From: Takakia lepidozioides
Lineage: Eukaryota; Plantae; Bryophyta
Assembly (NCBI GenBank): GCA_030704615.1
Contig: CM060733.1
Span: 65,658,001 to 65,722,000, forward strand
Direction: 5' to 3'
Length of the DNA: 64,000 nt
The notes below the pieces were generated by a model. It worked only from the letters and a program-made list of their open reading frames with translations, did not search any database and was not told the DNA's origin. Of this stretch, positions 38,540 through 50,420 are shown one piece after another (within the stretch, counting starts at the first letter, position 1; each line of letters opens with the position of its first letter). The position numbers were made by a program, and so were the translations under genes.

Positions 38540-41500
38540 TCAGTAGCAGATCACGCCGAGGAGAGCTGCATGCACTCCATGGGTCGAACTGGCCCCTACG
38601 GTGGGGGTTATCACTACTGGTACACCCTTTGTGCTTGACCACATGTTAAGCACCTGCGACGGACCACGAGCTGAGACCTCAGACGCCACAACCTTCACAT
38701 GAATATCAGACAACAAAACATCAGCAATGACCACCCAAATGCACTGGGGGAAAAAAATGGACTGCAAAAATGCAATGGAATCAAACCTTTGTGGGCGCTA
38801 TGGGTGTTTGCAATTGCACCACTCCTGTGGCAGGTACATCTTCGACTACAGTGACTGGTTTCACAGAATGAGAAGGGACAGAAACATGTGCATGTGTTTC
38901 GACAAGGTCTGATGAATGGTCTGCTATGGGGTCGAACATGCGGAGCACCCTATCAACGGATTGGTCTATTGCCAGTAGTGGGTCTACAGACGAGTCGGGG
39001 TCCACAAAAGTAAGCGGCAAAATGGCCAAAGATGCATCCTCATCTGCAATAGACCCTGCCTCTAACAGATGGGGAAGGTCACCGACCAAACTGTCACAGT
39101 CATAGTCCATTGTTGCAATTGCAGAATTGGTCTGTACTATGGATAAATGAGCACTGACGCCTTCCCGGTTCTGTTCAAGCAGTGCTGTGTCAAAAGGTCT
39201 GGTGGCAAGGGTAAGGTCCACTACCATTCTCTGCTTCTCAGCAGATATTGCAGTGGGGTGGAAAGGAATTGCTCCTCTCATTAACTCGTATGTGCCAGGG
39301 AGGATGGGCGTTGCTTCCTGGGTTATTGCCAGGTCTCCAGATGGTCTGATGTCTTGCACTGGCAAGGTCTGCTGATGTTGGAATGGTGAGGTGTCGGCGT
39401 CCATACCTGCGTCGCTATCCACTTCTGCGGTGCATTTGTCAAGCAATGTACCAGCCAGGGTGTCCTCCGGCAAGGTCTGATCTTCTCTCCTCTGCTCCAG
39501 CAAGGTCTGATCAGGTCTGCACTGGTCGGGAAATGTCTGCTCTGAGACGGTCTGGTGTGGTCTGGTCTGGTGTGGTATCCTCTGGTCTTTTGGGGTATGG
39601 TCTGTTGTGCACTCGGATCGTCTGGAGTCCTGCGCTGTGGTCTGGTCTTTTGTGGTCTGCTCTTGTCTTGTCTGGTATGAGGTGGTCTGGTCTGATTTGG
39701 TGTGGTCTGGTCGTGTCTGGTCTTGTCGGGTCTGTTGTGGTGTGCTCTGGCCTGCACTGGTCTGCTCAGGTATGATTACCACTGCAGCGGTCTGCTTTGC
39801 CAAAGTGATGGGTGCCCGCTGATCTGGAAAGGTCTGCCCATGTCCGATCTGGAAGTTGTTATCTGCAAAGGTCTGCATAACCAAGGTCTCCCCCGTAATT
39901 TCGGGTAAGGTGTGCAATGCCTCCACGAAAGTCTGTTTTGGCAACGAAAAGTTTTTGTCACCCACATTCTCTGGCTTGGGATCACTGGCAATCCAGTCGG
40001 GGGTCTGCTGGTTGGCATGTCGGTACTTGGGATTTGGCTGGGAAGGGTCTGCTCGCTCCACAGTCTGCTCGCCGCTGGTCTCCTGGGTCTCCATGGGAGT
40101 TGGGTTCTGTGTGTCTGCTGTTGTACGAACTAAAATGAGCCTACACTTAACGGGTGACTCGACTCCAGTATGGCCACGGAGGGCTCGTAGAAGCTGCCTT
40201 GCGCCATTGGCATACTGGTCAAGAGCATTCCGAACAAGCTCGTCCTCTGGATCATACTCTGCAACATGTCACAAACACGTCAAAAACAAAGCAGTCACCC
40301 TGGTCTGCTAACAAACAGAAGAATACATGGGGGTTTGATTCACATGGGGCTCTGTTGGTTGTCATGGTTCATAAAGTCTGCTAGAAGGTCCTCGTTCGTG
40401 GTCAACGTCAAGGTCTGTTTAAAAGGTCTGTTCAAAAGGTCTGTGTAAAAGGTCTGTTAACAAGGTCTGTTAGGTCTGATGACATACCATGATCTAGGAC
40501 TGTGGTCCACAGCCCAATATCTTTCATAAGCCGATCCATTAAGGCCTCGTCAAGCTCTCCCATAGCTGCAACACGGTCCTCTGCTGGAAACCCGCTCCAG
40601 AGCACTTGGAAAGCATGTCGTTTGTTGAATGCAATGTCAAAAACCGCACGCTCCTGCACAGTCACAAATCACATCATGGCATCTTGCGTGATACTTTCCC
40701 GAGCCTCTTCGCTTCCGTGTAGCAGGTCCATCTACAGGTTGTGAAGGTCTTTTTTTAATTTGGTGTAAGACCTGAAATTGCCAAATTGCATCCATTGACG
40801 GCGGAGGAAACAATCTGCCATCTCCTCAAAAGCAGTCTTTGTCAAGCTCGCTAAGTGCTTCAGACGAACACCGGGCGATGGCCATGTGCCTTATCTCCAG
40901 TGGGCGTAGGTCGTGCATGAGAAAGAGCTGCGCAATAAGTGGTGGCTCGGTCTCCTCTGCCAGAAGCGCCACTCCATACTCACGGGCTTTGTCCAAAACA
41001 CGAGTCGCCTCCTCCGCCGTGAACTCCATTGAGGAGTGCTGCGGAGCAAAGGTCCATCGGGAGGTGACAATGCGGTGAAGCTCATTGTACCAGTCCAGAT
41101 GCCGATTGCTTTCCCCACAACGAAGCTTCGGAAGAGTGGGGTCCTCCTCATCAGTTGCAGACCGTTGTGGACGACGCCATGGTCTGTCAAATGGGAAAAC
41201 AGTTCGACCATGCAATGTGGTCTGCTGAGGGTTTGCTGAAGAGGTACAAAGGTCCGCTGGAGGACGGGTCACGGAAGAAAGGTCCACTGAGCCGGGTCTG
41301 CTAGTCTGACCGGCGCTGTCAAAAGCCTTTACAGCAGACGGAGGGAGGCCTGTTGCGCGGCCAGTGGTACCATCCTGAATTGATGCAATGGCATCAACCG
41401 ACTGTGGATACAGACTCAGGATATAGTCATGAATATCACGGACCTCATTCCGGACAAGTGTATTTTCCAAGGGAGGACCGTTCAACCTGTACTTCCAGAT

Positions 41501-43119
41501 TTGCAAAGCCCTGTACACTCGGTTATCTTGCGCATTCGCCTCCTGAAAACAAACAGCAATATTGGCCTTCACATTAGAGCAGTAGACCATAGAGCAGTAG
41601 ACCATAGACTAGTAGATTGGGCCTGACAGCAGACTAGTAGACCATACACTAGTAGAGCATAGTAGTAGACCATAGCCGTGGACCTATGCAGCAGACCACA
41701 ACCACGGCAGTAGTGCGCCTTTCAAAGCAACTCCAGTACCATGTTGCGCAAAGCAGACCCAAAACAGTAGACGGTTCGCAGCAGACCACATATATAATAA
41801 TAATAATAAAACACTATGATTTGCAACAGGGGAAAGTAGTCACATGGTTCTGGACCTATAGAGTAGACCACAGCCAGAACAAGTAATGCAATACCATGTA
41901 CAGAATAGCAGACCCAGAACAGTAGACTGACGTAGCGGGCCACACATACAACACCCAGCATAGCATATCACTAATTGCAACCAGGAAATCAAAAAACTCA
42001 AATATGGTAGGACGGCAGAAAGAGTGGTTGAAGTACCTGGAGGCCGTTGTAGTCTTCATCCCTTGGGTGTGATCGTGCCTCCACCCACTTCTTCTCGGCT
42101 GTGTCAATGGTCTGCTATATCTGCCCTGATCTCACATAAGCATACAAAAAAGGGAAAAAGTCCGGATCTAATTCATCTGGGTACTGGTCTGGCAGAAGAC
42201 CGTGGGGAAGCAGGTACAATGTGCCAGGGCGGACAGGGGTGCCCGTTACATCTCCATGAGCGTCAGTCAGGGTCTGCTGTTTCTTGGTCTGCTTGTTGGG
42301 TCTGATATGTGGTGGGCGTCGTGGGTCTGTTTGAGGGTGTGATTCCTCCATGGGGATGTCCGAGTCAAGGGTTATGTCATGTACCGGTGGGGCGTACCCA
42401 ATGGGGTCGTTCACCAAGTACGGTCTCACAAGTAGTCCCGGCCGCTCCGTCGACATGTCCTGAACATGATCCTCCTCTTCATGAGAGTCTTCCTCACTTG
42501 AGTCATCCCCACTGGACGACAAAGTTGAAACGGCAGCCTGTGGTCTGCTGGTGTTGGTCTACTGGGACTGACTTGGTTGCAATTCTTTGCTACTCACTCT
42601 CATATCCCGTGGTCTGCCAGTACTGGTACTGCAAGATCTGTGACTTTTGCGGTCTACATTTTTTTTAGCTCCATCACTGAGCTTCCTTTTCTTCACTGAC
42701 ACAACGAGACCGGGGCTCAGCAGGCCGGCTTCAGTGTAATAACGCTGCCGCACTTCCTCAGCAGACCGAGCGACGGCATGCGCACCCCTACACTTTGCAG
42801 TGATTTCTTTTGTGGCCTTAGACGAACTTGGCTTGGGCCAAGGCTTGAAGTTCTCAGGGACCATACCTTTGCATCCTCCATCAAGGGCATGGCGGTTTAG
42901 AGTCTCTTTGTCCTTGACAATATCGGGGCAAAAGGGGCACTGAAACCGATCCTTTGGCCAGTTCTCTTTCTCCTTCGCTACGCGCAAGTCCAAAAATGCT
43001 TCTACTATTTTAGCATCATACTCAGTTGGCTCATACCAGTACCTTCTCTTGGCTTTGTGGCGAGGGGCATGCACATATTCCACCCAATCGGCTCCGCCCT
43101 TTGGGCAAGCTTCTTCCAT
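38540..43119 (-). pseudogene. Second, multi-exon gene of the MULE element; unknown protein with an N-terminal C2H2/C2HC-like zinc finger and a QT-repeat tail
   Basis: Colinear minus-strand ORFs 42559-43119 (FQCPFCPDIVKDKETLNRHALDGGC; KKRK NLS-like), 42115-42522 (acidic), 40826-41543, 40432-40665, 38781-40094 and 38540-38654, with plausible GT-AG breaks; frameshift near 40828. Exon limits are approximate. Confidence 0.7.
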
Positions 43120-44317
43120 GGCTGCAACCGAAGGAGGAATTGTGTCAGCGACAGTCTGCTAAATGCAAATGAAGAAGAGCAAGCAAAAAAAGAAATGAAG
43201 GTCTGGCGGTGAAGAAGTCGGGTGAAGTTGATACCTTTGCACTTCGGCAACGACGGGCACGCGGCCTTTGAAGAGTGGGCGGGCGCTACAAACGAATCGT
43301 CGAGTCGAAGAGGCAGAAACCGCGAAGCGCAACAAACCGTGCAGTCGCAAAGTGGAGAGACGCGAAAGACGCAAGAGGAGGAAGAGGCGAGGACCCCAAC
43401 GTAACGGCTCACTGCTTGGCGTGACAGGAGCACGCGTGCGACCGCCGAGGCCATGCACGTCGGCCATTGGACTGCCGTCGAAACATCAAACGTCCCGGAG
43501 GCACAATAATGGCCGCTGCCAAGGACTTTCATGGTCTGCCCTAAGTCTCCACCAAAAGGGTCGGCCAAAAGGGTCTGCCAAAAGGGTCTGTGGCACTGGT
43601 CTGTCGCATTCGTGAGGCAGCGATTGTCTGCACTCGGTCTGCCGTCGGGGTCTGACCAGAGTTCTCCAGGCTGGTATGTTGGTTCGGTCTTCTCGTCTGG
43701 ACTGGCATGGTGCACTCTTCTCTTCTCCTACTCTGCCCATCTGGTCTACCCTCTGTCTGCAGTGTGTCCCCACCCGTTTCACCATTTCAATGGTCCCCCG
43801 ACTGGGTCTCTGCATCCCCGCACTGTCATGGTAACACTCGGAAGGTCCACTGGTTCGTTGCACAAAAAATTCCGCCACGCATGCCCATTTCGTCCTACAT
43901 CGATGGGTCCACCTGCAAACAACATCCAAGAGACGGAACTCGGGAGGAAATCGGAATTTTATACAGCCAGCCATGCACATATGCTTCCGCTATTTTTGCA
44001 ATGTCATTCCACACATGCTATATGGAGGACAAGCCTCGAACAAGACAGTGTGACAAGGCCGATTCTCAATTGTTGTCCGCTAAATGAGTCGTACTTGTTA
44101 GCAAAGACCTAAATACTTCCATTCAAGTCTGCACTGTAAACTCAATGTAACTCACTTCCCCGCGCTCAAACAGTCCCACGAATAGGCGAACAACAAAGCA
44201 AAAATAGTAGAAGCATATGAACAAAAGAGGCTATTCTAAACAGTCAAACAACAAACAACAACAAGCAACACAAGAAAAAAAAAAAAAGCAAAGGGGTCTG
44301 AGGAGATCGGCGAGTGC

Positions 44318-44625
44318 CATGGCATGCCCTAAATCCGGACGGTCTGGATAAAACCGGATCTGGACGGGCAGATGCGCGCCACGTAGGTCTGGGGTGGTCT
44401 GCCGGCAGACCTCGCAGACCTCGCTTGGGCAGACCCCAGCAAGGGCAGACCCACTGGGGCGGGCTGGGCGGCGTGCGGGCAGGGCCGCGGGGCTGCCGAC
44501 CGCGGTGCGTGGCTGGCATGTGGGGGTGGGTGGGGCGGGGGAGGGCGACCCCGCGTCCGTGCAGGCGTGCGCGCCCTGTCCCACACGCGCGACATAAACT
44601 CCCAATTATTCAAAAATGAGAGGCT
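44318..44625 (-). repeat. Right TIR (~310 bp)
   Basis: Inverted match to 34168-34530. Confidence 0.92.
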
Positions 44626-44859
44626 TGATGCCCTTAGGCTGCCATAAGGCAAACCTTGACGGATGATCCGACGAACAATAACGAGCTGCAGCACTGACAG
44701 CTAAGGGGGCACACTAAGAACGTGTTTGAAGAAGCATTTTCCATGTCCAGAGGAAGCACCAAATACCCAGAGCATTGAGTCTCTGAAGAGCGGATCCCTA
44801 GTGTAATGAATGAAGATGCACTAGAAGATCAAAGAAGGGATATGAATTCTCACACCTGC

Positions 44860-45212
44860 AGCCAGGGTTTTTGAAAGGCTGAGAGCTGCCAACCTACGCC
44901 TGAACCCTGACAAGTGTACTTTTGGGAATGAAGAGTTGGTTTTTCTGGGTCATGGTGGTGTCTGCTTTGGGAGTCAAGCCTGATCCAAATAAAATAGCCT
45001 GGATTCAGGCTTTTCCCATACCCAAGAACCCCACGGGGGTGAGGGTCTTTGTTGGTATGTCTGGTTACTACCGTATTTATATTCAAGGGTTTGCTATGAT
45101 ATGTGTGCCTTTGTTCAACCTGACCAAGAAGGATGTACCCTTCAAGTGGTCTGCTGATGCACAGAATGCCTTTGAGGCACTGCGTTTGAAATTGATGACT
45201 GCCCCTGTCTAG
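44860..45212 (+). mobile_element. Ty3/gypsy RT thumb/connection fragment
   Basis: NPDKCTF...FLGH, GVKPDPNKI, VRVFVGMSGYYRIYIQGFA, FKWSADAQNAFEALR...TAPV. Confidence 0.85.
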
Positions 45213-45244
45213 GGAGTGATTCTATGCTATGATATGTGAAACAG

Positions 45245-45628
45245 GCAGGGGATAATGTGGGGTTGTTAATTCGTGGCCTAAAGCGGGATGGAGTACAGCG
45301 TGGGCAGGTAACAATGTCATTGCACGCTTCTCATGGCAAATTTGTTGTAATGTATTGCTTCATCTGTCTTTATAGCTTGCATGTTGGATTTCTTATGACT
45401 GGCCGTGGCGCTAGCTCCCTGGTAATGTGCCTGCAAAGGAAAAACATATGGGACTGATTGGATGAATGGCACCAGGTGATCTGCAAGCCTGGGATAGTGA
45501 AGACTCATAAGAAGTTTGAAGCAGAGATTTATGTGCTCACGAAAGAGGAGGGAGGGCGGCACACAACCTCCCTTTCCAACTACAGGCCTCAGTTCTATTT
45601 GCGTACTGCTGATTGTACTGGGAAAGTT
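45245..45628 (+). pseudogene. Fragment of a nuclear gene for organellar (probably mitochondrial) elongation factor Tu: two exons and the intron between them
   Basis: AGDNVGLLIRGLKRDGVQRGQ (45245-45307), GT..AG intron, then VICKPG...[19 protein letters not shown]...[17 protein letters not shown] (45476-45628). No other EF-Tu exons nearby. Confidence 0.9.
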
Positions 45629-45759
45629 GGGTCATGACACAAGGTCAAGGACAACGTGGTGAGGGCACCTTCTTCTTCGACCTATTTCAGCCTGTTTTGC
45701 CCTCTCACCAGACCTGGCCCTGAGATGCATATTGAATTCTGTAAGTTAGCTCGTTGCTC

Positions 45760-46190
45760 GTTGATAAGTAGGGTTGGGGGTGTTTGCTGGAACAATTCTA
45801 GGCTGTCATTGTCAGCTGCTAGCAGGAAGGCAAAGATGTATGCATGATTTTGTGCAGAGGCATAGATAGCTGAAGGAGCAGGGATAGCGTGTGAGTCCAG
45901 ATTCATCCAAGAGGGCCGGATTTCAAGCTCCACGTTACCTATGATTCCTTGTGGAAGGATAGATACAAGAAACCTGTATGGGTAGATGGTCAACTGGAAG
46001 CCGTAGCAGCAGCGGCACAATTGATAAAATCAGGCACTGCTAACGAAGGTACCTTCTTCAACACATTTCACCCTGTTTTCCCCTCTTATCAGAATGGGCC
46101 CTAAATTTCATGTTGAATTCTGCAAGTTAGCTGTTGAGTGAATCTAGTTTGGAGTGACTTTGACATGATACTGCCAATATGACAAGGATA
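45760..46190. repeat. Diverged inverted copy of segments at 19680-19930 and 20085-20320
   Basis: For example GGGTAGATGGTCAACTGGAAGCCG and TTCAACACATTTCACCCTGTTT...CCTCTTATCAGAAT match reverse complements in the 19.7-20.3 kb region. Confidence 0.85.
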
Positions 46191-46234
46191 TGCATTGAAC
46201 TCATTGGTAGCGGGATATTGGGATAACTCTTGGC

Positions 46235-46730
46235 CATGTGCCATCGTCAAAGCTGAAATTGTACTAGTTGTCATTCTGAACACTGCCCTGGTGGACATGC
46301 ATGCCAAATGTGGGTGCAGCAAGCCTGATGCGAAGGGAGAGTTCGACAACATGGCTAAATGAGATGTGGTATTGTGGAATGCCATGATTGCAAGGTATGT
46401 GCAGCATGGGTGTGGGATTAAGGCTTTGGAAACCTAAGAGCAAATGATGTGGGAAAGGATGAAGCCAGACCATGTCATGTTCATTTGTGTTTGTAATATG
46501 CATATGCGAGCCTAGAAGCCCTGGGAAGGGGCCAAGAGGTTCATGGTGACATCATCAAAGCTGGAATTGTACCTGATGTCATTCTGAACATTCCCCTGGT
46601 GTACATGTATGTCAAATGCGAGCCTGGTAGCCCTGGAAAGGATGCAAAGGTCCATGGTGACATTGTGAAAGCTGGAATTGTACCACTAGATGTCTCTAAA
46701 CACTGCCTTGGTGGATATGTATGTCAAATG
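46235..46730 (+). pseudogene. Degenerate PPR fragments
   Basis: ILNTALVDMHAKCG, LWNAMIARY, GQEVHGDIIKAGIVPDVILN. Confidence 0.8.
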
Positions 46731-47599
46731 CACAACAGGGGCAGAGATTGAAACACGGCGAAGCGGGGGCGGAGCGGCGCTCCGCCCTCCCACCGTGATC
46801 TTGGTTGTGTCTTAGCAAAGCTTTTAGCTATAACTATTCTCCTAGGGTTCCGCCATATTTTTTAGTTCTCGTGTCTTATCAGTTCTCTGGTTTAGCTGTG
46901 CTGCTATTTACCCGAACCTCTACATTCAGCCATGGCCGCCGCCATGGCTTCTGCTCTTGCTCACAGCACCTTCATGAGGAGTTCTCGCCATTTCACCTAT
47001 CACTCTAGCAATACCCTTTACAGTTGTTCTATAACGCATCTCTTAAGCTCTGTCTATATACGCAGTTGTCCTATAACGCATTTTTTAGAGTCGATATTGT
47101 TGGGCAATACGATCTCCTACGAAAAAGCGTCCCTTTTGAAGCTTTTACAGTGTTTTTTGAGCGCTCTGAACCTCACTCGGCTCAACCCAACTTCGACCGT
47201 GCACAAGCCTGCAGGCTTCACAACGTTCCCCACCAGCAGAGCCTGCTCCCCGCCGTTAAACTCACCAAGGGACACAGTTGGCACCCAGCAACCCTTGTTA
47301 CCATGGCCTAAAAAGAAACATTTGCATGGCTGATACTACGTCTTTGGGACACGAGCGGCAAGGGAATGGTCTCAACATGCAACCATCTCTGAGAAGTGAC
47401 ATCTACAGTGCTTCAAATATTCCCAAAGTTATGGTTAACCAGTCTGTCTTCCGGTGCTTCTTTAAGGCTTCATTCCTAGACATGGATATTATCCCACAAG
47501 GTGCAAAAATCCCCCACCCTTCTTTTACTTGCTCAAGCATACACAAGGTTCTTTGCCTCTATGCCTCAACTCGTCTCTGTTTCACTCAGCTCTGCTTAT

Positions 47600-50420
47600 C
47601 ACCCCACATCACAAGAGTCTGGCAGCCATGGAAAAGCGCAAAGCTGTACCTGATGACATCATCAAAGCTGTAGTTGTTCCAAATGTCCTTCTGCACACTG
47701 CCCTGGCAGATCTGGCAAAGGGCATAGAGGTCCATGGCGACATCTTCAGAGCTGGAATTATACCAACTGTCATTCTGAACAATACCCTGGTGGACATGTA
47801 TGCAAAATGTGGGTGCATCAAGGATGCAAAGGGAGTGTTTGACGCTATGGTTGAACGAGATACGGGCTTGAAGATTCTGCTGCAGTTGTACCAAATGTCA
47901 TTCTATACACTGCCTTGGCAGATCTGGAAAAGGGCAATGAGATCCATGCTGGCGACATCTTCAGAGTTGGAATTGTCCCCACTGTCATTCTGAACAATAC
48001 CCTGGTGGATATGTATGCAAATTGCGGGCCCATCAAGGATGCAAAGAGAGTGTTTGACACTATGGCTGAACGAGATATGGTGTCGTGGAATGTGATGCTT
48101 GAAGGTTCTGCTGTAGCTGTACCAAACGTCATTTTGCACACTGCCCTGGCAGACCTAGAAATAGGCGATGAGGTCCATGGCGACATCTTCAGAGCTGGAA
48201 TTGTACCAGCTGTCATTCTGAACAATACCCTGGTGGACATGTATGCAAAATGTTTTGCTGTAGCTGTACCAAATGCGATTCCGCACACTGCCCTGGCAGA
48301 TCTGGAAAAGGGCAACGAGGTTCATGGCGACATCTTCAGAACTGGAATTGTACCAACTGTCATTCTGAACAATACCCTGGTGGACATGTATGCAAAAGGT
48401 GGGCTTGCTGACATCATCAAAGCTGGAGCTGTACCAAATGACATTCTGAACACTGCCCTGGCAGCTCGGGTAAAGGGCAAAGAAGTCCATGGCGACATCG
48501 TCAGAGCTGGAATTGTAATGAAAGAGAAAGAGCTGCAGCCGCAACAGCAGCAGACTATACTAGAGGTGGAGAGACAACCCTTATCAACATATCTGCCAAG
48601 TGTGTCATGTGCGGCAGCATGGTGGGTGCACGCCAAGTGCTTGACAAAATGCCTGAACGGGATGTGTTTATCTGGACTATAATGGTGGCAGCAGGTTTCA
48701 AGCATGGTTTTTGGAGGGAGGCCTTAGAGATTTACGTGCACACAAACAAGGAGTAACACACAACAAAGTCACATTGGCTTGCGTTCAGACTGGTAGCCAC
48801 AGCAAAGGGCAAAGAGGCCCACGATGACATTATTGGCGCTGTAAGTGCAACAGATGTTATTCTGGAGTCTATCCTCGTTAATATGTATGCAAAGTGTGGG
48901 ATTGTAAGCACTGCTCGTCAAGACTCTTACAGGATGGCTGAACGAAATGTATTCTCTTGGAACGCAATGGCTGCAGCGTATGATCAGCATGGGTGTGGTA
49001 GGGAGGCTTCTGAGACTGTGAACAGTTGATACTGGACGGGGTAGGAAGCATTGTGGTTGTTTGTCAGTTGACAATATGGTGCAACACGATGCGCTTTTGG
49101 AACGCCATGATTGCAGGACATTCTCAGTGTGATTGTGATAGGGAAGCTCTTGAGATCTATGAACAACTGATGCCAGAAGGGGTCATGCCGGACAGGCTCA
49201 TGTTCAACTGCAGTCTCAATGCGTGTGACAGCCCCCAAGTCCTGGCAAGGGGTAATGAGGCCCATGCCACTGTCATCAAAGCTGGACTTCCACCAGATAT
49301 TACTCCACTTGTCGAAGGACAGGCCATTCTTCTATTTCCAAATGTTTTTGTTCCCATGTTTTTGGGTAACGGTGGCTGCAACCTCTTATGGCAGAATCGT
49401 ACCAAGACTGGCCACACCATGGACAATGCCAGAAGGCTGCTACTTCTTGTCAACACAAACCCCCACCGTGCCCAGCTACTCTACCCTCTGGTGTATGGTC
49501 TCCCTCCGCAGGCAGGAACTGTTGACCTGCCCTGATGCCCTTAGCTGGTGTCACATTGTGGTTGGCGCCCTCGAGTCATTCGGTACAGCTGCTAAGGAAG
49601 CCATCCTGGAGCCCCCGATGTGTCAGCATGAGCACTCTCACATTATCCAAACTGGATTCAACCCCAACGTTTTTCTGCTCAACACCCTGGTCAGCATGTA
49701 TGTTAAAGGTGGGAGTATCATGGATGCACACCAAGCCTTCAAAAAAATGCCTGAACGAGATCTGGTTACGTGGAACATAATAATGGCAGGATTTACCAAG
49801 CATGGGTGTGGTGAGAATGATTTGGAGACATATGGGCAGATGATGCGGGCAGGGGTGAAGGCCAACCACATCACATCTGTTTGCGTTTGCAAAGCATGTG
49901 CGAGCCTGGTAGCCCTGACATGGCATGTGCGAGCCTGGCAGCCCTGGCATGTGAGGACACTGTGAGGCTTGGCAACTGAAAGAGGCTCTACGGATTTTGA
50001 GCGAAGGAGGCATTTCTGCAGATTCACATACTTATGTTTGTCTCTTGCATAAGTGCATCAAGATGCCAGGCCTTGAAGCTGGAAAGCATGAGCACTCTCA
50101 CATTATCCAAACTAGATTCAATCCCAACGTTTTTCTGCTCAACACCCTGGTCAGCATGTATGTTAAATGTGGGAGTATCATGGATGCACACTAAGCCTTC
50201 AAAAAAATGCCTGAACGAGATCTGGTTACGTGGAACATAATAATGGCAGGATTTACCAAGCATGGGTGTGGTGAGCATGCTTTGGAGACAGATGGGCAGA
50301 TGATGCGGGCAGGGGTGAAGGCCAACCACATCACATCTGTTTGCATTTGCAATGCATGTGCAAGCCTGGCAGCCCTGATAAAGGGCAAGGAGGTCCATGT
50401 TAACATCATCAAAGCTGGCT
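47600..50420 (+). pseudogene. Scrambled PLS-class PPR fragment cluster with internal duplications (e.g. 49625-49920 vs 50087-50385)
   Basis: Repeated EVHGDIFRAGIVPTVILNNTLVDMYAKC, RDMVSWN and ERDLVTWNIIMAGFTKHG; many frameshifts. Confidence 0.85.

Larger units (their letters stand above)
34168..44625. mobile_element. ~10.5-kb Mutator-like (MULE) DNA transposon with long GC-rich TIRs and two convergent genes
   Basis: GCCTCTCATTTTTGAGTAATTGGGAGTTTATGTCGCGCGTGTGGGACAGGG at 34169 is mirrored at 44624; similarity extends to ~34530 and ~44318; an internal MULE/SWIM transposase is present. Confidence 0.92.
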
